From the NCBI GenBank assembly GCA_951406725.2, contig OX597814.1, positions 46,066,001 to 46,130,000 on the forward strand: DNA of 64,000 nucleotides, given 5' to 3'. Shown one piece after another: positions 1 to 14,625 of this stretch (its first letter is position 1; the number at the start of each line of letters is the position of its first letter). The notes under the pieces are model-generated. The model did no database searches. It had not been told where the DNA came from and saw only the letters and a program-made list of their open reading frames with translations. The stretch is from Octopus vulgaris. Taxonomy: Eukaryota. The translations under genes were made by a program, and so were the position numbers.

Positions 1-1130
1 CAATGGGGCCACTTCCATTAGCACGCAAATAGTGAGCGGTGTTCCACAGGGCACTGTTCTGGGACCACTACTGTTCATAATGGCCCTCTCACACATGCCC
101 TCAGCCACGCGGAGAGCCACGATCACAAGTTATGCAGATGATACAAAAGTTTCACAGGCAATACAGAACCCTGAAGACACTAAGCACCTGCAATGTGAGC
201 TGGACGAAATATACAAGTGGGCTGAAAAGAATAGCATGCAGTTCAATGCTGGAAAGTTTCAAGCTTTATACTATCAGCATGCAAAACTGAATGCAATACC
301 CAATGAATACACTGGACCCGGAGGATTGCAATCCCAGAGACACAATCAGTGCGTGACCTGGGTATTCACATGAGTGATGACGTGACCTTTCATGTACATG
401 TTGCTAAACTGACAATGAAATGTAGACGGCTGGCTGGATGGATTCTTAGAACCTTTAGAACAAGAGAACAAGAAACCATGATGGTCCTCTGGAAGACACT
501 TGTCCTAAGCCACTTTGACTATTGCTCTCAGCTATGGTCACCATCCAGTGTCAAGTTGATCACAGAACTTGAGGCGATCCAACGAAGCTACACGAAGAAG
601 ATAGCCTCTGTACAGCATACGAGCTACTGGGAGAGACTCAAGAGATTAAAGCTCTATTCCCTGGAGCGTAGGCGAGAAAGATATGCCATAATATATATCT
701 GGAAGATCCTGGAAGGTCTTGTCCCAGACTTTGGCATCGAGAGTCACACAAATGCCAGAACCGGACGCCACTGCGTAGTACCAAGGACTCCAAATTTGCC
801 ATCAAGATGTAGGACAAGATATTGTGATAGCCTGGGCTTCAGAGGCCCACGGCTCTTCAATATCCTCCCAAAGAACCTGAGGGACCTGCATGGTGTAGAT
901 GCGGATGTCTTTAAAGTAGGCCTGGATCTCTTCCTGTCAGGTGTCCCGGATGAACCAACTTCACGGCAGGAGGTGCAGATGAGGGCAGCTGCATCGAACT
1001 CTCTCATGCATCAGATGGCGTTTGCTAAAAAGCATCCGTGAGGTAAAACCGTGTAGCAAACCAAATGGCGGTGCCCCAGCATGGCCACAGCTCATTAGCT
1101 GAAACTGGAAAAATCAAAATCAAAAAATCA
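1..1130 (+). mobile_element. CR1/L2-group LINE 3' part (copy A, best preserved): RT and C-terminal domain, one frameshift near 340, 3' UTR and (AAATC)-like tail
   Basis: SGVPQGTVLGPLLF, YADD, DYCSQLWSP, YSLERRRERY; stop at 1041; 3' motif ggtgccccagcatggccacagctcattagctgaaact. Confidence 0.92.
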
Positions 1131-2945
<1,815 letters not shown>

Positions 2946-2949
2946 CTTA

Positions 2950-5030
2950 TGATAAAAGGCAGATTTTATCTGCCTCCCAAACCGTTTGCTTTTTATACAA
3001 TTCTACAATATAGAATTTCTTCAATTGGAATTTACCTATCATTTTTACAAGTAGATTCCATCGGGTTGTGGCATGTAAAGTTTTTTAAATTTCACTCCCA
3101 ATTAAGCAAAAATTCGAGAAAAGTAAATATTTTACCATTTTCCTCTTTCATTTAAAGTGCTTCACTCCTACTATTACCACCACACTTTCTGCTACTTTCT
3201 CTTGGCAAGTGTGCAACAATTAAAGTGAAACTTTATATAACAGGGATGAACTGCTTCACTCATGCTCACCCGGTGGGTTCAGTCGGCTCCGAGTAAATAG
3301 TTCACCTCGTCCCTTATGAGTATTCATAACTTATTTGGAATTCCTAAAAACAAAATTCTGTCCAAGACAGTTCGGTATTCTCTGTAAATGCTCAAAAACC
3401 GTTTTAAGGGCTACATACTTTGTATTGTTGTTATTGGATTAGTGAAACAATTATGAGAATGGAACCAAGGGATAAGCCTCGCTTTCCCTTGAATTACCGG
3501 GTATGTCAGCTAGTATTTATATATATGTATTTATATACATATGTATGTATTTATATATCTGTATTTATATATATATGTATATATATATGTATATATGAAT
3601 ATCTATATATGTATTTATATAAATATTATTTTTTAGGGAATAAAAATTCCGGCATAACAGAGGTATAAATTATTCTCAATGAAGAAATATATTTTAATTT
3701 AGAGATAGTAGACCCCTACATCTGACTAAATAAAAATAATTTTTATTTTAATTTTAAATACCTACTGTTTATAGCTGTAAAAATGGATGCCAAATTTCAC
3801 ATTACCGAGTAAGAGAACTTGATTGAAGACACTGCAAATGCTATAGTATTTATGGGTCTTAGGGAAGTTCTCCTCCAGAATCCTAAAAAAACATCTTGGG
3901 CAAATTTCTTACTCTAAGAGAAAAAGGAGGTGGGGAAAATCATATTACTTCACTCATTCTAGAATGTGAGCTCTTGGTTTTACTAATCTCCTCACTAGCA
4001 TTCTTTCGCTTCCTATACCTATTTCTATTGATTAATTGGTTGAAGTTCTCCAAGTACCCCTTCCAGAAACTCCTGTCTGATAAAATATCCGCAATGAAAT
4101 CATCTGATTTGCACATCCCATCGGATGAAACCGGAAACATTTATTCTGTACTGATAAAGATTTATAATGACTTAATGTTGAAGGAGTTACACTCTTGTTA
4201 TAAACATGCAAGCAAAATTGCTATAGATAGCATTAATGAAACTCACTTAGAAATCATCTCTGGTTTGGGCCTGCTTGAGAGAAGCCAGCCTTATGCTCCA
4301 AAAACTCCCCATGCCCTCTTGATGGACCTTAAGTCTGATCTTTTGTAAAATCCTTCGATTAGGTTGATCTACCCAACGAAATATAGAGATTATGATCGAA
4401 ATAGTGGTAATGATGCTATCTAGAGTGGACTTCAGTGACTGGACAATACATTGATACATGAGATGGATTTGTTTGGCTTACAAAATGGATAGTATAAACC
4501 TGTATCCAAACTGTAATGTCCAGCAAATTCACTACTCTGGAGTTAATATCAAATATAATGTTAAGATTATTGAAATCCTTTAAGAAACCTTTCAGGGATT
4601 TCCTCAATCTATTCAATGCAGTTTTAGACTGGCTACATACAGCTAGAAGTGCATCATCCCTATATAGTCCCCCAGTGAGGAGAGGGAAACTATCCTTAAT
4701 CTGTGAAAGGAGGTATAGGCCCACTAGGTCAGTCACCTGTGCAGAATCAGATGACCCCATGGTTATATCGAAGAAATTGGTGGAATCATCTCTCTGCCAA
4801 TCACACTTGTTGTAGGAGATGAGGGTTTCCCTTGCCGCTAAAATTACATCAATAAATGAACTAGATAATCTGCAAATTTGTGGGCGAAAATCAAGGCTTT
4901 ATTCAACAATATAGGGGATATAGAATTAGAATAATTCGAAATGTCGAATTGTATAAAATCTAAATTAGGTTTATCCTTAAGGAAGTCAAACCATAGGGTA
5001 ACATCCCCAGTAGATTTCTATAGGTTTTGA
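2950..5030. mobile_element. Decayed Penelope-like retroelement (Naiad-like RT); about 3700-4385 on plus and about 4390-5030 on minus
   Basis: Plus: FQKLLSDKI..IPSDETGNIY..LMDLKSDLL*NPSIRLIYPTK. Minus: FIQFDISNY, FDITMGSSDSAQVTDLVGLYLL, GLYRDDAL, NLLDIT. These are PLE RT motifs; the Naiad assignment is from memory. Confidence 0.8.
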
Positions 5031-5040
5031 AACAGCATCT

Positions 5041-5738
5041 TGACCATTCAGATGTCAAAGTAATATATTTTGATCTTACAAAGGCCTTTGGTGAGAAAGG
5101 TCATAGCATGATATGTCACAAGCTGTGAGACCTTGACACTGGAAGAGTGGCTACATGACTTCCTGAAAGAAAGAAGTCAGGCAGTTACAGCTGATGAGGT
5201 CCTCTCTGGAAAACAAATTCTGAGTGCTGTCCCTCAGGGAACTGGTATGGGACCATTACTGTTTATAATAGCTCTCTTAAACATGCCCATCGTCACTCAG
5301 CCACTTTCACTGGCTATACTGATGATACAGAATTATCACAGGCAATAAAGAATCCAAATACTGTCACAAGCTTGCAATATATCAGTGGGCTGAAGAAAAC
5401 AATGTGCATTGTAATACTGGAAAATTTCAAGCATTGTACTATCAGCTCACAAACACACCACAGTCTGAATATACAGGACCTGAAAGCCCTGCAATCCCAG
5501 AGTTACAGACTGTGAGTGACTTGGAGATCAGTATGTGTAATGATGCATCATTTCATAGGCACATTACCAAAATGGCAGCAAAGTGCAGACAGTTGGCAGG
5601 TTGGATATTAAGGTTCTTCCAGACAAGAAATTAAGAAGTCGTGTTGACTCTGTGGAGGCCCTTTGGTCTCAGTTGCCTGGGCTACTGCTCTCAGCTGTAG
5701 TTACAACATGATGTCAATCTAACTGGAGTTTAAAGAAG
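5041..5738 (+). mobile_element. CR1/L2-group LINE copy B, 5' half (interrupted by Gypsy)
   Basis: DLTKAF, WLHDFLKERSQAV, SAVPQGTGMGPLLF, LAGWILRFF; collinear with copy A; stops and frameshifts. Confidence 0.85.
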
Positions 5739-5739
5739 G

Positions 5740-5940
5740 CTTATATCCTGGTGTTGGATAATTAATTTAATGAAGCCAGGGTGTAAGAAAGTATTTACAC
5801 AACACAATATGATAACTATTACACGAGACTCACCCCTCTCAATCAATGGCTCACTGTGAACTGCTGACAGTTCTTTATTTTATAGCAATGTGTCACTCCA
5901 CTTTTAGTCACATGAAAGTGGTCAGAATCCCTCCACAACA
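5740..5940 (-). repeat. 3' LTR of Gypsy element (about 200 bp)
   Basis: Begins TGTTGTG on minus and is preceded by the polypurine tract AAAAAAGGAAGA (5941-5952); similar to 10001-10202. Confidence 0.88.
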
Positions 5941-8900
5941 TCTTCCTTTTTTAGAATTAGTCTCCCCTAACTTCTCCCCTGTTGAGAATTAAACTCCACA
6001 CAGAGTTTTAATATCACTTATGCTTAAGGTTCACTTCCAGTGTTTCCATTCTTTTCTGTTTTCTGGTGTTAGAACATGTAGTTACAAATTGGTTTGGTGT
6101 TGATACCTCAAATGTGCTGTACAATACTTCCATGACGATTTCATTTCTCGTGACGGTGGTTAACAATGTCTTTTATGTTGGACATTTTTTCCTTTTACCA
6201 AGAATAACATTCTTCCAATTTGTAAAATAATTACACTGCCCTCCAAGCTTTCTTTACCATATCTATAGGTTTCAGAAAAAACTTTATCACCTAATTTGGA
6301 GAATTTTGAAGTATTTTTGTCATTCACCTTTTTTCCATTTTCACTTGGTACCAGCTTATCAAAAACAGGTCTGATCTTTCTAGCAAACATCAGTTCTGCA
6401 GGTGACATTCCAGACAAGGTATTTGGATTAGGTATTACACAGTATACTTTTAGAAAATGCAAGGTTATCCATTACTGCATTGGTCGCCTTTTTCAACACC
6501 CTCTTGAAAGTCAACAAAATGCGCTGCTTGTACGTTTGACCTAGGATGATACGGCAGAGTAGTGACATGTTCGACAACAAACATTTTACAAAATTTTCTG
6601 AATTCATCTGAAATATATTGAGTTCATTATCAGACACTGTAGTATCAGGAATACCATATCTGGTGAACAATTCATGTAAAAAAACTTACTGTAACTGCAG
6701 ATGTTGGCTTTTTACACTTATGCACTTCAGGCCACTTTGAAAAACTGTCTTTCATAACAAGGTACTATGAACCCTTAAGTCGGCCCACTTAATTAACATG
6801 CAGTTTGAACCATGGAATATTTGTTTTTGGCCACTATTGTCATTCAATGGTAGATGCTTTTGCAGTTAGGGCACACCCTCTGCATGCTTTCACTGGTTCT
6901 TCAATGCTATGGTCCATTATATATATATAACTTCGCATTAATGATTTCATTCTCGAAATCCTTGGGTGACTAATGTGAAATTCATTTAGTAATTGCTTCT
7001 GTAGTGTGGCTGGCACTACAACTCTTTGTCTGTACATCAACACATTGTCACACATTAAGAATGGGTTCGAATTTGTGTTGCACATACTTTTATCTCTTTT
7101 AGCCTTCAACATTTCTTTCATTTTTTTTAGTGAATTTATTGTTTTCTAATTTTAATTTTATGACTTGTAATGTGACTGGCAGTTCATGTATGACATTACA
7201 CAAAACATTTTTAATTTCATTTTCCACTTGCAAAGCAGCAGTCATGGTATCTTCAAATGGTTCAGCATTTTCTGAAATCAGTCTTGATAAACAATCAGCA
7301 TGTCCTAATTTCTTAGATGGTATATACTCCATCTTAAAATCATAGTTTAATAATATTGTACCCCAGTATTGCAACCTATTAGCAGTATGGGTAGGGATTC
7401 CTTTCTTCGAACCATATATCGATAATAACAGACTGTAGTTGAAATTTTCTACTGTGTAAAAATCTGTGAAATGTTTTTACAGCAAAAATAATCACTAGAG
7501 CTTCTTTTTCCATTTGGCTGTAATTTTTTTCTGATGTTGGAGAATGTGAGGCATAAACCACCACCTTCATATTACCATTTTTATATTTATGTAGCGTTTC
7601 TGCACCTATATCATACTCAGGAGTATCTGAAGCTACAACATTCACTGCAGGATCGAAGTGTGCTAATGACAAATCAAATGTTGATATTTTTTTTATTTCA
7701 TCGAACACCTTCTGACAATTTTCAGACCAACTCCACTTTACATCTTTTTTTTAATAGATTATTAAGTGGAACACTTACTTTATTCATATTTGGAATATAA
7801 TTTTGGTAATAACTTGTCAGTTATCCTCAAAAGTTTGTAAGGTCACTATATTTGTTGGAGGAGGCATATTTTTAATTGTGCCTGTCCATGATGGATCTGG
7901 TCAATGTCCATTTCTGTCAATGATTTGTCCTAAATATTTTATTTTCTGTAAGAAAAATTCACATTTTTTTTACTCGAAGTATAGCTGTAATCCCTAATTT
8001 TTTCATACACATATTTTATGTGCTCTATGTGTTGGTCCCAGGATTTGCTTTTTATGAGTATATCATCCAGATATGGAATTGCAAATTCACAGTCCACAAA
8101 CATTGCATCCATAATCTGTTGAAAAATCACTGGTGCGACTTTTAAGCCAAATGGTAACCTTTTATATTTATACAGTCCTTTAAAGTATGTTAATTGTTAG
8201 GTACGTAGAGTATTTATCATCTACTCTAATTTGTAGGTATGTGTTAGAGAGATCTAATTTAGAAAATATCTTGCCTCTGTTTAATTTGGCAAAAATATTT
8301 CCTGGAGTAGGTAGTGGATAGTGGAGTATTTTGAGACATTCATTGAAATCAGTGGAAAAATCAGCACACACCCTGATTTTATTCTTCTTCTTGCTAACAT
8401 ACACAGTTGGTGCATTAACTATATTCCACTTTTTGGATAGCTGCAATTTTTTTTCATTTCTCTAACTCTAAGCTTATCTGTTCTAATGGATGTGAATGGT
8501 ACAGTTCATTTTGGTTTAAATACTGGTATGGCATTTTCTTTTATTTGAAACTTTGCCTTCATTTTAGTACATAGACCTAATTCATCAGACAGAACTTCAG
8601 GAAAAATTAAAAAAATTTTTTTCTTCAATTCATGTGTCGACTTATTTGTACTGCCAGGAAAACCATTCATATTTTTACAGTAAAGATTTATGGGGAGGTC
8701 CCATAAGTTAAATAATTCCACCCAGTTTGTCTGAATAAATTTGTCATATTATTCAACACAAAAACTTTGGCTTTTGAGATTTTTCCCCGAAATGTAACAT
8801 CATTTAACAATTCACCCTTAGAATATTTTTTTCCTGAACACCATGGGCAATTTTCACAGCTTCTGTTAATCTAGGTCTTCCAATTTTTGTCCATGTATGT

Positions 8901-10000
8901 CTTAGTTATTGAGATATCACTGCCTGTATCCAATTGTAACTTTACATTTATGTTATTAATTTTTACATACACAAATTTCCTTTGTGGCTCATTCTTATTT
9001 CTTGTTACCAATAACTTGTTTATGCGATTTTTTTCTGTTGAATCGTTTTATAGGTTTTGTTTTACGGTGTGATTTTTTTGTGACCTATCTTACCACACTT
9101 GAAGCATTTCTTATTTTTAAATGGACAGTTACTTTTAAAATGTAAACCACCCTGCCCATAACATGGATTTGGTTTTGACATTTTTTCTCTTTTTTTTCTT
9201 ATCCATTACCAATTGAGATACATGAGTATGAGAGCAGTCTTTTTCTTCAATTTTATTTGCCTCCTGTCTTAGATTTATAATCCTTTGGCATTCTGCTATT
9301 GCTTGTAGAGTTAAATTTTGATCCTGTTCTAATTTTATTAATATCCAGGAACATATATTTGCATCTTTGCTTGTAGTAAGCCCTTGAACAAAAATTAGAC
9401 ATTTGAACACGTCAGGGGTTAATTAATTCAATTTGAATTTTTCACACTCTCTTTTAACAACTCCAGCATAGGTGATGAAATCTTCATAATCTTTTTTAAC
9501 CACATTTAAACACTGCCAGCAAGAGAACTTCTTTCATTTAAAATTTTCAATAAAAAATTTGTTTCATCAAAACAAATCTCACCTGCTTTCTCCTGCAGAA
9601 TATTATTTACTGTATTTTTTGTATTCAGTAGGGGATAACTTTCTTAAAAGTAGTTGTACTTTTTTCTCATCCGTCCAGTTTTTACATTCTTCCTTGAAGA
9701 TGTCTTCATATCTTTGAAAATATGCAGAGAAGGTAACCTCTTCTTCTAGTTTATATCTGATTCTTCAGTTGAATTTGCTATGCTGCCTAGCAAATATGAA
9801 CTTGAAGTATTTTCAGACTTCAACATTAATTCCAGTGACTATTGGTTTTGTTGTTGTTGCTGTTGTAACTGCTGTAGTTGCTGTTGTTCACCATGGAGGT
9901 CAATAAGTTTTCCATATTAAAACGATTTTTTCTTCGGTTTCATACTAAAAAAAAAAAATTTATAACCTTCCAATGTAAATTTTGAACAACTCATTACCAC

Positions 10001-10202
10001 TCTTATATCCTGGTGTTGGATAAATAATTTGATGAAGCAGAAGAGAAAGAAAGTATTTACACGATGCAGTATGATTAGTATTGTACAAGACTCCCCACTC
10101 TAAATCAATAACTCACAATGAACTGCTGACAGTTCTTTATTTTATAGCAATGTATCAGTACACTTTTAGTTACATGGGGGTGATCAGAATCCTTTCACAA
10201 CA
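10001..10202 (-). repeat. 5' LTR of Gypsy element (about 200 bp), followed by a decayed PBS
   Basis: Begins TGTTGTG on minus; followed by TGGTAATGAG, read as a CpG-decayed TGGCGACGAG PBS. Confidence 0.88.
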
Positions 10203-10630
10203 CTGTCCAATGTCATTACACTAAAAAGATTGTCACAGTGCAGCAGAAAAGCTGAAAAATTTACAACTGGACACCATTGTATTGTACCAAAGGTACTGTC
10301 CACCTCATTTAATGCTAGGACCAGGTACTACAGTAGTCTAGGGTTCAAAGGGCCACAGCTCTTGAATGCTCTGTCCCCAAAAATTAATAAACCTTCACAA
10401 TGTGTACGTGGATGTCTTCAAAAAGGAACTGGACATCCTCCTCTCCACACAGATGAGGAGAGCAATGTCAAACTCCCTCACACACTAAATGGGCCAACAA
10501 CCAAAGGCAAAGTACACACAGGAGTGGGAATATGAAATCCCATTACCCTGACAAAATCAGCTAAAGAAGTGAAGAATCATGGTGATGTACCAGCATGACC
10601 TCAGCCCCATGGCTGAAATGTATAACAGAC
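10203..10630 (+). mobile_element. CR1/L2-group LINE copy B, 3' half
   Basis: TGHHCIVPK, SLGFKGPQLLNAL, 3' motif ccagcatgacctcagcc...gctgaaa. Confidence 0.82.
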
Positions 10631-10690
10631 TATATATGTGTGTGTACATATATATGAATGTATGTATGTGTGTGTATATATATATATATG

Positions 10691-11920
10691 TATATATCTC
10701 GACTTTGCAAAAGCCTTTGATAAAGTTGACTATGGTATGATAGTCACAAGCTACATAATCTCAATATAGTTGGAAAACTTAGAGAATGGCTTCATGACTT
10801 TCTAAAAAATAGAAATCAGGTAGTGTTGCCCAGCAGGACTACTTCCAAGGAAATGCAAATAATAAGTGATGTTTAACTGGGCATTGTCTTAGGCTGCTAA
10901 GACTATTCATAGTGGCCCTTTCAGACATGCCCTCAACTGCTTAGATAGATACCCTAGCTAGCTATGCAGATGATACATAAGTCTCTCAGAGGATACAAAA
11001 CCCTGTGGATGTTGCTCATCTGCAATATATAGGTGGGCTGGGGAATATAACATGCAGTTTAATGCTGTGCTACCAACACATGAGACTGAATGAAAAGCAG
11101 ATAAGATACTGACCCAGGAGAGATTGCAATCCCGGGACAAAATCAGTCCATGACCTGGGCATTGATATGAGTAATGATGCATCATTCCAGGTGCATATCA
11201 CTAAGTTGACAATAAAATACAGATGGTTGGCTAAATAGATCCTTAAAACTTTCAGAACAAGAGAACAGGAAACCATGACTGTCCTGGAGGACATTTGTCC
11301 TCCACTATTTAGAATACTACTACTGCCCATGGTCACCACACAGTGTAAAATTAACAGTGGAACTCAAAGCAATCCAGTACTCACAAAGAAGATCATCTCA
11401 AAGCAACATGTTAGCTACTGGGAGAGACTGAAAAGGGTTAAGATTCTGCTCTCTAGAACACAGGCAGGAAAGATATGCAGTGATATACATTTGGAAAATC
11501 TTAGGAGAACTTGTACCAAACTTTGTCATTGAAAGTTATACTAACACCAGAATGGGTTGCCCCTGCATTCCATCAAAAATCTCAACATTGCCATTAGGAT
11601 ACAGTAGCAGATATGCAACAGCTTGGGTTTCAAGAGCCCACAGCTCTTCAGTATCCTCCCACAAATGCTGAGAGACTTACACAGTGTGGATGTAGGTGTC
11701 TTCAAAGCAAAACAGGATATCCTCCTGTCAAGAGTTCCAAATAAACCTACCTCATAGTAAGAAACACAGCTGAGGGCAACATTAAACTCCCTCATTCATG
11801 AAATGCCTTATATTACAAGAATTTTCATGTAGTGCAAGTGTAGCAAAGCTAAAAGCAGTGCCCCAGCATGGCCTCAGCTCTTGAGCTGAAACTAACATAG
11901 AAAGACAAAAAGAAAAAAAT
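10691..11920 (+). mobile_element. CR1/L2-group LINE copy C, 5'-truncated, decayed
   Basis: YLDFAKAFDKVD start, SYADDT, SYWERLKR, IYIWKILGELVP, 3' motif gtgccccagcatggcctcagctcttgagctgaaact and A-rich tail. Confidence 0.9.
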
Positions 11921-11959
11921 ACACTTATGTAGGTGCTGCACAATCTTTTGTATCATTCA

Positions 11960-12330
11960 TTAAAAATTATTTTTGTTCAGCTGCTGCTGTTTTTGCATCT
12001 GGGTGAATCTGGTTGTTTGGATTAGAACACACTGTGTTTGTGTATCATCTTTTGGAAGCAGACAGTGTGCAGTTTTTTCTTCTTTGGTGCTTCTCACTCT
12101 TTGCTCCCCTCCTGGAAAGGAGTTCTGTTTTATGCTCTTGTAGTTTTGGCAGGGCTGCTGATGTGCAAAATGAGAGTTTGCACCATCTTCACCTTGCCAG
12201 CAGTTTCCTTGCAGGTAAAATTTGCATATGTTTCTACTTTTGTACCTCCTATTTCTTTTGTCTACATTGTTGGAGACCTCTTTGGTGCAAAAGAGGTCTC
12301 CAACAAATAACTAGTCTTGTGGTCTGATAT
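11960..12330 (-). pseudogene. Relic with a decayed CCCH-type zinc finger (ICKFYLQGNCWQGEDGANSH), possibly a LINE ORF1 fragment
   Basis: Minus-strand translation near 12170-12230 gives C-x7-C-x5-(G)-x3-H spacing; no intact ORF. Confidence 0.4.
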
Positions 12331-12446
12331 TCCTTTATGTACAAAATCAATATTGCCTTAATACCAATTTTGTTGAATATGGTACATTGATATATATTCA
12401 ATACACCATCCTGTTTTTTATAGAAATCATTTTTCCACTTTTAAAC

Positions 12447-12490
<44 letters not shown>

Positions 12491-13384
12491 TTTCAACCTG
12501 GCATTTATTATTTTACTATTAAGGGTGAAATTAATTCATTGTGCATCTGAATATTAAAATTTTTGAATACAGATGTTATTTAATATTATCAATATATGTA
12601 TCTAGTGTATGATGCTGAGAAGCTACTTATGAACTGTATTATGTAGATATTAGAATGCTGTTAAATTGTAATTTTATTTTGTTTTGTCAGATAACTGTGA
12701 TAATGTGTTAATTATTGATTGCTCACATTGGCAAAGTGTTACAAATTTAGAGAGGAGGAATATGACATCAGATTGAATTTATTTGGTATATCCATGCTAT
12801 TTTATTGATCATTGAAAGGTGTTATATAAAGTTTGTTTGCAAGATTTGAACCTAAAATGTAGAGACAGTATTGAACAGTATGAAGAAATTAATTAGAAGT
12901 TTTGCTACTCCTCTAGTGTAATAGATGTTAGTGACAAAATGTCTGTATAAAGTGAAGTAATTTAATCAATTAATTAATATTTCCACTTTTTGTTTTGGTG
13001 TTTGTCTTTTTTTGGCTATGAAATGATTGTATTATTTTTTCTTTAACAGTTATTTTTACTCTTAAGTTGAAGAAAATTTTTACTATTTAAAAATGTTTTG
13101 TAATTAATTTCAAACAATGAAGTTATTCATTTATTTTACTATTATCACTGATCAAATAGAAATAAAGTATTAATCATAGAGAAAAGTAACAATTATATAT
13201 GTAAGGTAGGAATAACTTGCACACTTTCATATGGTTTTATCATCATGTCACTGAACAAACACACTTCAGACATATCTTCATTCTTTTACATGAAGCTGTA
13301 TGCATATTAATTAAAGATTTATATTTGGTATAAATATGTGAATCAGAAATTAAGTTTAAATTTTTCTGTTGATATTGATTGTCA

Positions 13385-13520
13385 TTAGGAAGGGCATCCA
13401 GCCATAGAAACCATGCCAAAACAAACATGGAGCCCGAACAACCCTTCAGCTCCTTAGCTTCTGTCAAACTGTCCAACCCATGCCAGCATGGAAAATGGAT
13501 GTTAAATAATGATGATGTTG
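13385..13520 (+). mobile_element. SINE/RTE 3'-tail fragment with (GAT)n tail
   Basis: ttaggaagggcatccagcc...gtccaacccatgccagcatggaaaatggatgttaaat; same tail at about 32800-32950, 34655-34860 (minus) and 48640-48797. Confidence 0.8.
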
Positions 13521-13779
13521 ATCAACAAATATTTGGTACAAAATATTTTTCATGAAAATTTTTTCTTTGGTATTTAACTGATTGCAAAGAAAATGTTCCT
13601 ACCTTGCCTTTACATGTATGCATTTATACACATGTATGTGAATATGTATGTATGTGTGTGTACATGTGTGTGTCTTAGTTATAGCCTGACTTACTAACTT
13701 TTGCAGGTATTTTTCTTTCTGAAGGAATTATTTTTAGTTCTACCATTCATCTCTCTTGTTTATTTAATCCATAACTATT

Positions 13780-14590
13780 GAATATATATGTCTTACCATG
13801 TTAGATGCAATGTTTGATGGATCTTTAAGTTTCCATATCTTCTTTTTCTACCTTAGCTTGTGCCTCTGAGTTTCACTAACCTACGTTAGGTAGTATGTTT
13901 TTCATGCAGGAAGAAGTTTGCATTTACAACTATTTGTCTATCCTGCTTTCTAGTGATAATGTAGTCAATCTGGCTTTTGTGCTCACCAGAGGTGAGCAGG
14001 TGACTAATTGGTTTCTTGAATCTCATGTTGTGGAGTCCTAGATGATTTGCATCACAAAACTCCAAGAGCCTTGTTCCCCACTCATTGCACACCATACTGT
14101 CTACCAAGATACTGCCCAATCAGTCTGTCAAAGTTATCATTTGTCATTGAGGTACTCTAAAAAGACATAAAAATGGTCTTTTTGTTCATCTGGCAGTCTC
14201 GGCTGAGGAGAATATGCAGAGATAAAAGTTGCTGTCATATTTTTCAAGACTAGTCTCAGGTTAATTATCCAATTGCACACTCTAGACTACTCCGATCCCT
14301 TTATCTATGAATTTTTTTGGTAAAAGTATGCACCCCCCCGCCCTGCCACACTATTGCTGTTGGCAACCCAGAAAAATTTATACCTACGTTCTTTACCTGT
14401 AAAGAATTTGACTATGGCTTCTGTCTGCCGGCAGCACACAACTATCTGTTTCCATTTTAGCATTTCAACAATCTCATCAGACCTTCCTTTCTTTGAGCCT
14501 TCATTGATTGTGGCTACCCTAAGGTTGTGAACTTGATAAGAAGAGTAAGTAGGGAGCTGGAGGATAGCTTTTAGCATCTGTAAAGAAGAT
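13780..14590 (-). mobile_element. RTE-clade LINE fragment, AP endonuclease relic
   Basis: LRVATIN, EIVEML, YKFFW, NEWGTRLLEFCDAN, SQIDYII. Confidence 0.8.
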
Positions 14591-14625
14591 TTGGTGGAAC
14601 ATTTACCTGTAGATACACAAATATT

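Larger units (their letters stand above)
5740..10202 (-). mobile_element. Ty3/Gypsy LTR retrotransposon (K02A2.6/Mag-like), full-length but decayed, about 4.46 kb
   Basis: Direct repeats at 5740-5940 and 10001-10202; Gln-rich gag and Cys knuckle; protease LDTGSDIS (~8920); RT FSKLDLS and YLDDILI; RNase H NYSQMEKEAL; integrase H..H..CRGC and GIPDTTVSDN; order PR-RT-RH-INT. Confidence 0.93.

Noticed and set aside
349-1041. 230-aa ORF as a host gene
   Set aside because: It is the C-terminal part of a frameshifted LINE ORF2, with three more copies in the window.
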